A DNA stretch of 64,000 bases from Chloroflexota bacterium (GTDB lineage Bacteria > Chloroflexota > Anaerolineae > Aggregatilineales > Aggregatilineaceae). Below the pieces are notes generated by a model, which searched no databases, was not told the DNA's origin, and saw nothing but the letters and a program-made list of their open reading frames with translations. Of the stretch, positions 38,837 through 48,194 are shown piece by piece; position 1 is the first letter of the stretch, and every line of letters starts with the position of its first letter. A program made the translations under genes and the position numbers. The stretch covers positions 8,493 through 72,492 of the forward strand of contig JBBIHG010000003.1 in NCBI GenBank assembly GCA_037447125.1, written 5' to 3'.

Positions 38837-40150
38837 ATGGCTGACCATTCTATCTCCCTGATTGACCTGACTCCCTTCACGGCAGACCACTGCCTGAAGT
38901 GCAACATCTGCGCGTCAGCCTGCCCCGTCGCGCCGGTGACGCCGCTCTTCCCTGGCCCAAAGACGGTCGGCCCGCAGGCGCAGCGCCTGCGGCTGCCGGG
39001 CGAGCCGTCGCCGGATCATTCTGTTGACTACTGCTCCGGCTGCGGCATCTGCACGCTGGTCTGCCCGCACGGCGTGAAGGTCATGGAGATTAACACGCAG
39101 GCCAAGGCGGTCATGACCCAGACGCTCGGCATGTCGCCGCGCAACTGGTTCCTCAGCCGCAACGAGCTATGGGGCCGCCTGGGGACGCCGTTCGCGCCGC
39201 TGGCTAACTTCGGCGTGCGCAATCACTGGCTGCGCCTGATCGTCGAGAAGACGTTCAAGGTGTCGGCGCGCGGGCCGCTGCCCGGCTGGGCCGGCTACAC
39301 CTTCCGCGGTTGGTGGAAGCGCGAGTTGAAGCGGCGCCCGCGCCCGCAGCCCGCTTCCGACGCCGGGCGCGTGGTCTACTTCCACGGCTGCTCAACCAAT
39401 ACCTACGAGCCGCACATCGGCAAGCTGGCCGTGGCCGTGCTGGAGCACATCGGGCTGCACGTGGAAATTCCTCCGCAGACGTGCTGCGGGCTGCCCGCCC
39501 AGTCCAATGGGGACTTCACAGCGGCGCGGCGCTACGCGCGCACCAACATCGAGGCGCTGGTCGAGTACGCGCGGCGGGGCATCCCCATCGTCGGCACGTC
39601 GGCGAGCTGCATCACGGCCATCAAGGGCGACTATCACCACGTGCTGGGCCTGGACGACGAGGACGCGCTGCTGGTCGCAGCCAACACCTACGACTTCATG
39701 GAATTCCTGGCCAAACTGTGCCATGAAGGTCGTTTGCCGCTCGATTTTCGGCCCATTGAGGCGGAGCTGCCCTACCACGCGCCATGCCAGCTCAAAGCGC
39801 ACGGCATGGGCCGCCCGGCGCTGGACGTGCTCGACCTGATTCCGGGGCTGCGCTGTTGGGAGATTGACGCCGACTGCTGCGGCATCGCCGGGACGTATGG
39901 CTACAAGGCGGAGAAGCGCGAGATCGCCGAGGCGGTGGGCCGGCCCATCGCCGAGCAGGTGAGGGCGGCGGGGGCCACGCTGGTTGTCTGCGACACAGAG
40001 ACGTGCCGCTGGCAGATCACCTCGCTGGCGGGGGCCAAGACGGTGCACCCGGTCGAGTTGGTGGCGCTGGCTTACGGCCTGACGGTGGATCGCTACACGC
40101 CGCCGCTGCGGGCGGGCGAGTTGGCTCGCGCTGCGGTAGGCGGACTGTAA
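38837..40150 (+). CDS. glpC: Anaerobic glycerol-3-phosphate dehydrogenase subunit C (Fe-S / CCG domains)
   Basis: ATG at 38837. 'CLKCNICASACP' and 'CSGCGICTLVCP' ferredoxin motifs, plus CCG-type Cys motifs ('TCCGLP', 'DCCGIAG'). Confidence 0.85.
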   Translation: MADHSISLIDLTPFTADHCLKCNICASACPVAPVTPLFPGPKTVGPQAQRLRLPGEPSPDHSVDYCSGCGICTLVCPHGVKVMEINTQAKAVMTQTLGMSPRNWFLSRNELWGRLGTPFAPLANFGVRNHWLRLIVEKTFKVSARGPLPGWAGYTFRGWWKRELKRRPRPQPASDAGRVVYFHGCSTNTYEPHIGKLAVAVLEHIGLHVEIPPQTCCGLPAQSNGDFTAARRYARTNIEALVEYARRGIPIVGTSASCITAIKGDYHHVLGLDDEDALLVAANTYDFMEFLAKLCHEGRLPLDFRPIEAELPYHAPCQLKAHGMGRPALDVLDLIPGLRCWEIDADCCGIAGTYGYKAEKREIAEAVGRPIAEQVRAAGATLVVCDTETCRWQITSLAGAKTVHPVELVALAYGLTVDRYTPPLRAGELARAAVGGL

Positions 40151-40166
40151 CCACATCGGTGGTTCT

Positions 40167-40196
40167 GTAGGGGCGGGTTTCGAAACCCGCCCCTAC
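40167..40196. repeat. Perfect 30-bp palindrome GTAGGGGCGGGTTTCGAAACCCGCCCCTAC (copy 2 of 2)
   Basis: Identical to 8107-8136. Lies 17 nt after the glpC stop, so it may act as a terminator hairpin. Confidence 0.9.
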
Positions 40197-40213
40197 CTAC
40201 GTTCCAGGAACTA

Positions 40214-40390
40214 TCAGCCCTCGCCCGCGTCACCATTCGGCCCAGCCAATTCGCGGTGCAGCACCCACTTGACCGACCAGTAGCCGTCAAAATAGTCCGG
40301 GCAGGCTGTGCTGCTCACTTCGTCGAAGCAGCGCAAGGGGCGCTCGCCCAGGGCGGCGCGCAGGGCGTCGGGAGTCAGGCGGTCGGGCAT
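40214..40390 (-). CDS. Possible small ORF (58 aa), unknown function
   Basis: Hand-translated MPDRLTPDALRAALGERPLRCFDEVSSTACPDYFDGYWSVKWVLHRELAGPNGDAGEG. An AGGGGG precedes the ATG. Weak support only. Confidence 0.3.
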   Translation of the reverse strand: MPDRLTPDALRAALGERPLRCFDEVSSTACPDYFDGYWSVKWVLHRELAGPNGDAGEG

Positions 40391-40625
40391 GGGAACCCCC
40401 TAAGGGAGCAAACCAGCGATGAGCGATTCAGTACAAACGCCGAAGCGTGGGTCTGCCTGAAACCGGATGATCCGCCTCAGTATAATACCCGCAAAGCGTC
40501 CGTTACCGCGCAGCCCACGCAATATAGACGGATTGCTGCCCATTTAGTTGTGCGCGCGGCCTCCACGCCGTACAATGCGGTCTACAAGTCCAGGCGATCC
40601 GGCCTGCTCCTGGAGAAAACCGCTG

Positions 40626-41138
40626 ATGACCGATCCGTTTCTGTGGACGCCCTGGCGAATGCCCTATCTGCGCGGCGAAGATCGCGCCCACTACGAGGGC
40701 TGCGTGTTTTGCATCAAGGGAGCGGGGGGCCAGGCAGAGGCCGAGGCCGACGCGCGCGAGTACGTGATCGCCCGCTCAACTCACGTCTTCGTGGCGCTGA
40801 ACATGTACCCATATAACAACGGACACCTGCTGATCATCCCCTACGCGCACGTGCCGTCGCTGGAGAATTTGCCGGCGGAGGTGCTGACCGACCTGATGCT
40901 GACCACGAACAAGGCGCTGGCCGCGCTGCGCGCCGTCTACAACCCGCACGCTTTCAACATTGGGGCCAACATCGGGGCGAGCGCCGGGGCGGGCATCCCC
41001 GACCATTTCCATGTGCACATCGTGCCGCGCTGGGAGGCGGACACGAACACCATGACCGTCATCAGCGGGACGCGCGTCATCCCGGAGCTGCTCAGCGACA
41101 CCTACGCCAGGCTGCGCGCCGCCTGGCCGGGCGACTGA
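40626..41138 (+). CDS. HIT-family nucleotide hydrolase/transferase
   Basis: Histidine triad 'HFHVHIVPR'. ATG at 40626 (MTDPFLW). Confidence 0.85.
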   Translation: MTDPFLWTPWRMPYLRGEDRAHYEGCVFCIKGAGGQAEAEADAREYVIARSTHVFVALNMYPYNNGHLLIIPYAHVPSLENLPAEVLTDLMLTTNKALAALRAVYNPHAFNIGANIGASAGAGIPDHFHVHIVPRWEADTNTMTVISGTRVIPELLSDTYARLRAAWPGD

Positions 41139-41208
41139 GCGCGCTGCAATCGCCAGCTACTTTTCCTGGATCAACGCTCAATACTTGATGATGAAAGGAT
41201 AGGATTTC

Positions 41209-42426
41209 ATGCCCGCGAACGATAAATCTCCCCGTGATGCCGTCATTCTCGGCGGCGCGCGGCTACCCCAGGGGAAGCTGCTGGGCGCGCTGACGCCGTT
41301 CACCGCCGTGCAGCTTGGCCAGATGGCTGCGCGCGCGGCCCTTGAGCGCAGTGGCGCGGACCCGGTAGACATTGACGAGGTGATCCTCGGCCAGGTCGTG
41401 CCAGCGGGATCGGGTCAGGCCGTCCCGCGCCAGGTGTCCCTCGGCGTGGGCGTTCCCCCACATGTCGGCGGCCTGCTGATCAACAAGATTTGCGGCAGCA
41501 GCCTGAAAGCGGTCATGCTGGCGGCGGGCCTGATCCGCGCCGGCGACGGCGACCTCTACCTGACCGGCGGCGTCGAGAGCATGACCAACGCGCCGTTCAT
41601 GGACCTCAAGGGGCGCGTCGGGCACAAGTACGGGCATTTCGAGATGGTGGACGCGGTGATGTGGGATGGGCTGTGGGATCACATCGCCGGCTGGATCATG
41701 GGCGAGGCGGCGGAGTTCATCGCCCAGGAGTTCGAGATCACCCGCCAGCAGTTGGACGAGTTCGCCGTGCGCAGCCACCAACTGGCCCACGAGGCGACTG
41801 AAGCCGGGCGCTTCGCCCAGGAGATCGTGCCAGTCGAGCTGCCAGGGCGTAAGGGCCAGGTGACCCTCTTCGACCGCGACGAGTCGATCCGCCCGGACAC
41901 GACGCTCGAGGCGCTGGCCAGGTTGCGCCCGGCCTTCCGCGACGATGGGATCGTCACAGCGGGCAACTCCCCCGGCCTCAACGATGGGGCAGCGGCGCTG
42001 GTCGTCGCCAGCCGCGAGTACGCCGAAGCGCACGGCCACCAGCCGCTGGCGCGCATCGCCGGCTACGGGCAGGCGGCAGTCGAGCCGAAATGGCTCTTCG
42101 CCGCGCCGATCAAGGCCATGCCGCGCGCGCTGGCGCGGGCGGGCTGGACGATGGCCGATGTAGACCTGGTCGAGCTGAACGAGGCGTTCGCGGCACAGGT
42201 GCTGGCCGACCTGAAGGGGCTGGCGCGCGACGGGCACGCGATCCCGCTGGAGAAGCTGAACGTCAACGGCGGGGCGATTGCCATCGGCCACCCGATCGGG
42301 GCGTCGGGGGCGCGGGTGCTGGTCACGCTGATGCACGCCCTGCAGCAGCGCGGGCTGAAGCGCGGGCTGGCCGGTCTGTGCCTGGGCGGCGGAGAGGCAG
42401 TGGCGATGGCGGTGGAGTTGGAGTGA
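41209..42426 (+). CDS. Acetyl-CoA C-acetyltransferase (thiolase II)
   Basis: 'NKICGSSLKAV' (active Cys), 'NVNGGAIAIGHPIGASGARVL', 'GLCLGGGEAVAM'. Confidence 0.92.
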   Translation: MPANDKSPRDAVILGGARLPQGKLLGALTPFTAVQLGQMAARAALERSGADPVDIDEVILGQVVPAGSGQAVPRQVSLGVGVPPHVGGLLINKICGSSLKAVMLAAGLIRAGDGDLYLTGGVESMTNAPFMDLKGRVGHKYGHFEMVDAVMWDGLWDHIAGWIMGEAAEFIAQEFEITRQQLDEFAVRSHQLAHEATEAGRFAQEIVPVELPGRKGQVTLFDRDESIRPDTTLEALARLRPAFRDDGIVTAGNSPGLNDGAAALVVASREYAEAHGHQPLARIAGYGQAAVEPKWLFAAPIKAMPRALARAGWTMADVDLVELNEAFAAQVLADLKGLARDGHAIPLEKLNVNGGAIAIGHPIGASGARVLVTLMHALQQRGLKRGLAGLCLGGGEAVAMAVELE

Positions 42427-42622
42427 GCGCGCTGGTGCCACACCCGCGCCGGACCTGGCCGGGGTGCGGTCGCGGGGCGTGCTGGCGCCCGTTGGACGCT
42501 TGCAAGACCTATCAGGCAGTAGGAGCGTCGCTCTGCCGCGCCCAGGTGAGAATTATACTGCAAACCGGCCTGGCGAACCGCCGCCGCCAGGCCGGGTGTA
42601 TCTGGATTTTCGGGAGAAAGCC

Positions 42623-42706
42623 TCACCGCAGAGGCACAGAGATCGCGGAGAAAAGCGGACAATCTCTACGGTACTTCTCTGTGTCCTCGGCGTCTCTGCG
42701 GTTCAG
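42623..42706. repeat. REP-A element, copy 2
   Basis: CACCGCAGAGGCACAGAGATCGCGGAGAA ... CTCTGTGTCCTCGGCGTCTCTGCGGTTCAG. Confidence 0.8.
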
Positions 42707-43701
42707 CGTTTCTCGCCCCCCAATGCAGATGCCCCTTCGAGCCGCTCCACGGCGCGCAAGCGGGCGCTGCGGCTGCGCGGGTTGGCAGCGATCTCCTCAG
42801 CGGAGGGCCGCTCGGGCTTGCGCGTGACCAGGCGGATGCGCGCCACATGCCCACAGGTGCAGACCGGCTGGCGCGGCGGACACAGGCAGCCGGCTGCCTC
42901 GGTCTTGAACGTTTGCTTGACGATGCGATCTTCCAGGCTGTGGAAGCTGATCACCGCCAGCCGTCCACCGGGGCGCAGCAGATCAAGGGCGACCGGCAGG
43001 GCGCGCTCGACCGCGCCCAGTTCGTCATTGACGGCGATGCGCAACGCCTGAAAGGTGCGCGTCGCCGGGTGTATCTTCTCGCGCGGGCCGCGCTGGGCGC
43101 CAGCCACGACCTCGGCAAGCTGGCGGGTGGTGCTCAGCGGGCGCGCGGCGACAATCGCGCGGGCGATGCGCCGGGCGTTGCGCTCCTCCCCATAGCGGAA
43201 CAGGACCTCGGCCAGCGCCTCGGCGTCCCACGTGTTGACGAGGTCGGCGGCGGTCGGCCCGCCCGCTGACGGGTCGAAGCGCATGTCGAGCGGCCCCGCG
43301 CTCATGAAGGCGAAGCCGCGCGCCGGGTCGTCCACCTGCATCGAAGACAGGCCGAGGTCGAGCAAAATCCCGTCCACGCCCTGTCCCCCATCGCCCACCG
43401 TCTCCAGCCAGGCCGGGACCAGCGTCCCCATCTGCTCGTAGCTGGCGTGGCGCAGCGCCACCCGTCCCTCGAACGGGGCCAGCCGGGCGCGCGCCAGGGC
43501 CAGGGCCGCCGGGTCGCGATCCAGCCCCAACAGGCGAGCATCCGGCGCAGCAGCCAGGATCGCCGCCGCGTGCCCGCCCGCGCCGACGGTGCCATCCACG
43601 AAGCGCCCTGCCAGGCGCTCACTGACGCGCAGCGCGGCGAGCACGGCCTCCACCAGCACGGGAATGTGGGGAGCGTCAGGGTGGGTCATGGTGACTGTCA
43701 T
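42703..43701 (-). CDS. rsmH: 16S rRNA (cytosine1402-N4)-methyltransferase
   Basis: 'HIPVLVEAV', 'DGTVGAGGHA', 'DGILLDLGLSSMQVD', 'ISFHSLEDRIVK'. ATG at 43701 or 43689. No dcw genes follow it. Confidence 0.9.
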   Translation of the reverse strand: MTVTMTHPDAPHIPVLVEAVLAALRVSERLAGRFVDGTVGAGGHAAAILAAAPDARLLGLDRDPAALALARARLAPFEGRVALRHASYEQMGTLVPAWLETVGDGGQGVDGILLDLGLSSMQVDDPARGFAFMSAGPLDMRFDPSAGGPTAADLVNTWDAEALAEVLFRYGEERNARRIARAIVAARPLSTTRQLAEVVAGAQRGPREKIHPATRTFQALRIAVNDELGAVERALPVALDLLRPGGRLAVISFHSLEDRIVKQTFKTEAAGCLCPPRQPVCTCGHVARIRLVTRKPERPSAEEIAANPRSRSARLRAVERLEGASALGGEKR

Positions 43702-43766
43702 AGCCGCCAGGGACGACGGATCACAGTGTAGACGACCTGGCGGGCGGCGGCAAGAGTGTAAACAGA

Positions 43767-43798
43767 GACTTCCGAAGTTTTTGAAAACTTCGGAAGTC
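43767..43798. repeat. Perfect palindrome GACTTCCGAAGTTTT-TG-AAAACTTCGGAAGTC upstream of rsmH
   Basis: 15-bp arms with a 2-nt centre. The arm core resembles the hairpin at 59332-59362 (GACTCCCGAAGT). Confidence 0.7.
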
Positions 43799-43880
43799 TT
43801 GTTCTGCGCGGCGGCCCTCCCCGGCAAGACTTTCAGGGACGGGCAGCAGCGCAAAAGCCATGATGATGACGTCTGATTGA

Positions 43881-43973
43881 CCTCACCCCCTGGCCTCGCT
43901 GCGCTCGGCCTTTCCCCCTCTCCGTTGCGAAGAGGGGGAAGCGAGGCGCGTTAGCGCCAAGCGGGGGTGGGGC
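43881..43973. repeat. GC hairpin repeat (TTCCCCCTCTCCGTTGCGAAGAGGGGGAA)
   Basis: Read directly. Intergenic between rsmH and the WD40 gene. Confidence 0.6.
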
Positions 43974-44015
43974 AAATCAGGGCGTATCGCCTACGCCCCT
44001 GTCCCTCTTGCCCGC

Positions 44016-45458
44016 CTAGCGTGGCACGTCCCAGAGGATTACAGCCGCGTCGTCCGACGCAGAAGCGATCAGCGTCCCATCCGGGCTGAAGGCGACGCCA
44101 TTCACCCAGTCCGTGTGGCCGGAGAGCATCGCCAGCCCGGCAAAGGAGCCATCACCGTCCGCCTGCCAGACGCGCACCGTCGAATCGTCGCTGCCGGAAG
44201 CGATCAGCGTCCCATCCGGGCTGAAGGCCACCGCATTGACGTAGTCTGTATGGCCGGACAGCTCAGCGACGGCTTCGCCCGAAGCAGCTTTCCACACGCG
44301 CACGAGGCTGTCGTCGCTGCCGGTGACAAGCAGCGCACCGTCCGGGCTAAACGCCACTGAACTCACCCAGTCCGGGTGCTCGATGTTGAGCAGTTCTCCC
44401 CCCGTCGCCGCATCCCACACGCGCGCGCTGTAGTCATCGCTGGCCGTGGCCAGCCGGGTTCCATCCGGGCTGAAGGCCACCCCTCTCACCGTGGACGTAT
44501 GTCCCTCAAGCGTGGCGAGTGGATCGCCTGTGGCCGCATCCCACACTTTGACCAGCATATCACTGCTGCTGGAAGCAAGGCGCGTGCCATCCGGGCTGAA
44601 GACTACGCTGTAGACATAACCGTCGTGCGCTTCGACGGCCAGCAACTCGATGCCAGCAGCCGCGTCCCACACGCGCACCACGCCGTCATCGCAAGCCGAG
44701 GCCAACACCGTCCCGTCGGGGTGATAGGCGACGCTGTTGACGTAGTCGGGGTGTTGCATGGCAAGCAACTCCGCGCCGCTGGCAACATCCCACACGCGCA
44801 CGGTCCCGTCATCACTGGTGGAGGCCACCTGCGCCCCATCCGGACTGAAAGCCACTGCATTGACCCAACTCTCGTGGCCACGCAGGGCCGCGCGCCAGGG
44901 AGATGTGTACTGGACGGTTGCGGCGACGCCCAGGATATTCGCTTCGAACTGCGCCATCTCCCCGGCAGAGGCGACGGCCACCACCGCCACCGTGTTGCCG
45001 TCGCCAACGTCTACAGCGATCACCAGGACATCACCCACTTCCAGGCTGAGCGAAGCGCGCGCTGCGGGCCGGTCCCCGACGATGACGCTCTCCGGCACGG
45101 GCATTGCGTCAATGTCGCCGGAGCCGATCGACTCAGCTACGGCCGTCACAACGCCCTCCGGACTCGTGTCTGGCAATTCGTAGACCATCATGCCGATAGT
45201 CGCCGGCTCCATGACCAGCACACCAACCACCCCTGGCGGCACCGTATCTTCCTCCAGGGCCGCCTCGTCGTTGGTGAGGACAACCATGCCCTGATCCTCG
45301 ACCACGACCCATCCAGCGGGATAGGAGAAGGTCAGATGACCGCTGGGCGAGGCGTACTGTTTGTTGCGCGGCAACTGGGCGTGTGCTACCAGCGGCGCAA
45401 GGGCCAGGATCAGGATGACCAGAAGTGCGCCGCCATGCGCTAAGCGAATCCGATGCAT
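44016..45458 (-). CDS. Secreted/anchored WD40-repeat protein
   Basis: ATG at 45458 after GAGGAGG, with a signal-like N-terminus. About 7 repeats of 'V..VAFSPDG..LAS.SDD..VRVWD'. Confidence 0.8.
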   Translation of the reverse strand: MHRIRLAHGGALLVILILALAPLVAHAQLPRNKQYASPSGHLTFSYPAGWVVVEDQGMVVLTNDEAALEEDTVPPGVVGVLVMEPATIGMMVYELPDTSPEGVVTAVAESIGSGDIDAMPVPESVIVGDRPAARASLSLEVGDVLVIAVDVGDGNTVAVVAVASAGEMAQFEANILGVAATVQYTSPWRAALRGHESWVNAVAFSPDGAQVASTSDDGTVRVWDVASGAELLAMQHPDYVNSVAYHPDGTVLASACDDGVVRVWDAAAGIELLAVEAHDGYVYSVVFSPDGTRLASSSSDMLVKVWDAATGDPLATLEGHTSTVRGVAFSPDGTRLATASDDYSARVWDAATGGELLNIEHPDWVSSVAFSPDGALLVTGSDDSLVRVWKAASGEAVAELSGHTDYVNAVAFSPDGTLIASGSDDSTVRVWQADGDGSFAGLAMLSGHTDWVNGVAFSPDGTLIASASDDAAVILWDVPR

Positions 45459-45616
45459 GATCTGCCTCCTCAAGAGCACAGCGTGCGCCCCATGCCCACG
45501 CCTGATACGCGCGATCCACAGCCCGGACCGGGCGGCGACCGTGTTCTCATTGTACCATGTTTGCCGCCACACCCCGCCGCAGCGACAAGGCAGGGGTGCA
45601 TTTCACGAAAGTTCAT

Positions 45617-45751
45617 ACCCCCCATCCCTCGTCACCTGCGGTGACGTCTCCCTTCCCCCACAGCGTGGGGAAGGGAAAAAGCAACCAGCCACAGACGCTC
45701 TGACTCCTCCTTTACCTCCTCGTGGGGGAAAGGAGGCTGGGAGGATAGGGG
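45617..45751. repeat. REP-B hairpin cluster
   Basis: CTCCCTTCCCCCACAGCGTGGGGAAGGGA and CCTCCTTTACCTCCTCGTGGGGGAAAGGAGG. Confidence 0.7.
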
Positions 45752-45912
45752 GACCCGGCGCATCGTGAATTAATCTGAAATGCACCCACAAGGCAGGCGA
45801 AGCATGGGGCGAGCATCTGGCAGATCGTGGCTCAGATTGCGTATACTACCCCCTGTGCTGCCGGCTGCTGCGCGCTGTTCGCTGACAGCCTGTCTGTTGT
45901 CGAGGGAGTGAG

Positions 45913-47256
45913 GTGGTCACAAGACTCATGCTGGGGCTGCTCGTCTGTGGGATCGCGCTGGGGGCAGTGCCGCTCAGCGCCCAGGCCCAGGCCGACTACG
46001 ACCCGACGATTCTGCTCTTCACCTGCGACCGGACGGAAGTCACGCTGGACGAGCTGGAATCCGGCGAGGGAGAGGCAACACTGGCCTGGCATATCGCCCA
46101 TGTTGCCGACGGACAGCGCGTCGCCCTGCATACCTACCAGGGCCGGGCCTGGGTGCCCATCGAGACGCCCCAGCCTCTGCCCCCCGTCGGGGAGCTGACT
46201 GTCCCGCTGGCTGCGCCGGGCAACTTCGGGCCGCTCACTTTTCGCGTCAGCGTCGTGGATCGAGCGGATGCCATCCTCGACGAGCGCGCGGTGATCATCC
46301 CCTTCGATGGGCAATGGCTGGACGCGCTCGAACCGGCCATCGAGTCGTTCACCACGCCCGCGCAAAGCCTGCCCGCCGCCGTGCTGGCTTCCGGCGGGGC
46401 GCGCGTGGAAGTGACCTGGGCGGTGCGCGACCGCCACCCGCTGACGGCCATCACCTTCAGCCAGGTCTTCGCTGACGGGGCGACGCAGAACATCGAGCTG
46501 CCGCGCGCCCACCTCTGGATTCCGTCGCGCGGGACAGGCGTCGTAGCGCCCGTGATACCCCCTACCGGCAGCGAGGCGCGCCTACGCCTGGCGCTCGTCC
46601 ACGTCATCAGCGGCGAAGTGCTCGACGAGGCGCTGATCACCCTGCCGGTCATTGGCATGGCCATGCCGCCCACGCCCGCGCCCACCGGCGAGATCACGGC
46701 CACGCCGCCCGATGCGCCCCCCGGCCCCCGCGACCTGGTCATCCTGACCGAGTGTGGCGACGGGCCGCCAGGCCAGCCCGCGCGCACCTGGGCCGATGGG
46801 CCGGGCATCCCCTCGCCGGACGGGCTGCGCCTGGCCTATAGCGCCAACCCGGTCGGCGCGGCCCAACTGATCGTTGCCAACGCCGACGGCTCCGGGCAGA
46901 TCGCCGTCCCCGCGCCAGACGCCAGCCTGCCGCTGGGCCTCCGCCCGCGCTGGTCGCCAGACAGTCAGCGCATCGCCTTTGCCAACCTCACCCTGTCGCC
47001 ACCGGGCGGCACGATCTACGTGGTCAAGGCGGACGGCACCGATCTGCGCCGCATCGCCAGCTACGTCGGCACCTTTGATGACCTGAGCTGGTCTGACGAC
47101 GGGCAGCAGCTTTTCTATACCAGCGGCGAACTGACTGGCTCCGGCGACAGCTTGCAGATCGTGAAGTACCAGGTCTACGCGATCACGCCGGACGGGCTGG
47201 GCAGCCCGTCAGTCTATGCTGAAGGATGTGGGGTGTACCAGCGGGCCGGGCCGTAG
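45913..47256 (+). CDS. Secreted protein with C-terminal TolB-like (PD40) beta-propeller repeats
   Basis: Signal peptide 'LGLLVCGIALGAVPLSAQA'. 'SPDGLRLAYSAN...LIVANADGSG' and 'WSPDSQRIAFAN...IYVVKADGTDLRRI'. The start is either GTG 45913 or ATG 45928. Confidence 0.65.
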   Translation: MVTRLMLGLLVCGIALGAVPLSAQAQADYDPTILLFTCDRTEVTLDELESGEGEATLAWHIAHVADGQRVALHTYQGRAWVPIETPQPLPPVGELTVPLAAPGNFGPLTFRVSVVDRADAILDERAVIIPFDGQWLDALEPAIESFTTPAQSLPAAVLASGGARVEVTWAVRDRHPLTAITFSQVFADGATQNIELPRAHLWIPSRGTGVVAPVIPPTGSEARLRLALVHVISGEVLDEALITLPVIGMAMPPTPAPTGEITATPPDAPPGPRDLVILTECGDGPPGQPARTWADGPGIPSPDGLRLAYSANPVGAAQLIVANADGSGQIAVPAPDASLPLGLRPRWSPDSQRIAFANLTLSPPGGTIYVVKADGTDLRRIASYVGTFDDLSWSDDGQQLFYTSGELTGSGDSLQIVKYQVYAITPDGLGSPSVYAEGCGVYQRAGP

Positions 47257-47360
47257 GGCGAACAGCAGATCGCCATCAACGAACACCGGGGTGCTCAACA
47301 AAAACAGGTCACACCTGTGACCCGTTTCTGCTGGTTGGATGGCAACCGATGCCGACCGCG

Positions 47361-47477
47361 CTAGCCCTGGCGCTGCTTGTGCTTCGGGTTGGCCGAGCAC
47401 ATGACATACAGGCGGCCCTGGCGGCGCACGAAATAGCACTTGTCGCACATCTTGCGCACCGAAGAACGTACCTTCAT
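47361..47477 (-). CDS. rpmJ: 50S ribosomal protein L36
   Basis: [38 protein letters not shown] (38 aa, Zn-ribbon CxxC...C...H form) with a GGAGGTG RBS. It stands alone, not in an infA-rpsM context. Confidence 0.9.
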   Translation of the reverse strand: MKVRSSVRKMCDKCYFVRRQGRLYVMCSANPKHKQRQG

Positions 47478-47679
47478 GACAACACCTCCCCTTGCCGGGC
47501 TTGCCGCCACTACCCCGCAACAACGGCGCGCACCGGTTGGGGATAGGCGAATGGGCGTCTGGTTGAACGCTCCGGCGCCGCCCTCCCAGGGCAGCGCGCC
47601 CTCATTATAAACCATTCCGCGCCAAAATCCAGACCGATTCGGCGGAGGGAGTTCACGAACAAGTTGTTGGCGAGCTTAT

Positions 47680-47780
47680 CCCCCCATCCCCGGCCCTTCC
47701 CCCACCAGGGGGGAAGGGAGAAAAGCGGCGGGCATGCTCCCCTTCCCTCCGCGCGGGGGAAGGGGCTGGGGGATGGGGGG
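47680..47780. repeat. REP-B double hairpin
   Basis: CCCTTCCCCCACCAGGGGGGAAGGG and CTCCCCTTCCCTCCGCGCGGGGGAAGGGGCTGGGGGATGGGGGG. Confidence 0.8.
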
Positions 47781-47913
47781 CAAGCCGAGCGTAGCGAGGC
47801 TGGGGGTGAGGCTAAGCCAGAGCGCGGCAGCGCAGGTCCCGACCTGACAAGTCGTTCGCGAGCCCCGGAGGAGGAGGCGGAGGTGGCTTGCGGACTTGTG
47901 AAGTGAGACCCTC

Positions 47914-47999
47914 TGAATCGCAAAGACGCAGAGAACGCGGAGGAGGACTATAAGGCAGACTCTCGCTCTTCACTGCGCCCTCTGCGCCTCTGCGGTGAC
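47914..47999. repeat. REP-A element, copy 3 (more diverged)
   Basis: GAATCGCAAAGACGCAGAGAACGCGGAGGAGG ... CACTGCGCCCTCTGCGCCTCTGCGGTGAC. Confidence 0.7.
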
Positions 48000-48194
48000 A
48001 CTTTGCCTCAACACCGGACGCACATGTGGCCAAAGCGAGCGTAGTGGATACACAGGGTTGCCGGCGGTGATGCGCCGCGCGCCGCTAATTCGCCGCGCTG
48101 CCCAACGCGCGGTAGACTTGGTCGCAGCGCAAACCGCTCCGCAAGGGTGAGCGAACGCGGGCGTTGAAGCTTCGCGTTCGCTCTGAGACACTGG

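Noticed and set aside
41263-42441. 392-aa minus-strand ORF
   Set aside because: Antisense to the thiolase gene.
43702-43854. N-terminal extension of the rsmH ORF
   Set aside because: It translates the 32-bp palindrome ('KTSEVFKNFGSL'). RsmH homology begins at MTVTMTHPDAPHIPVL.
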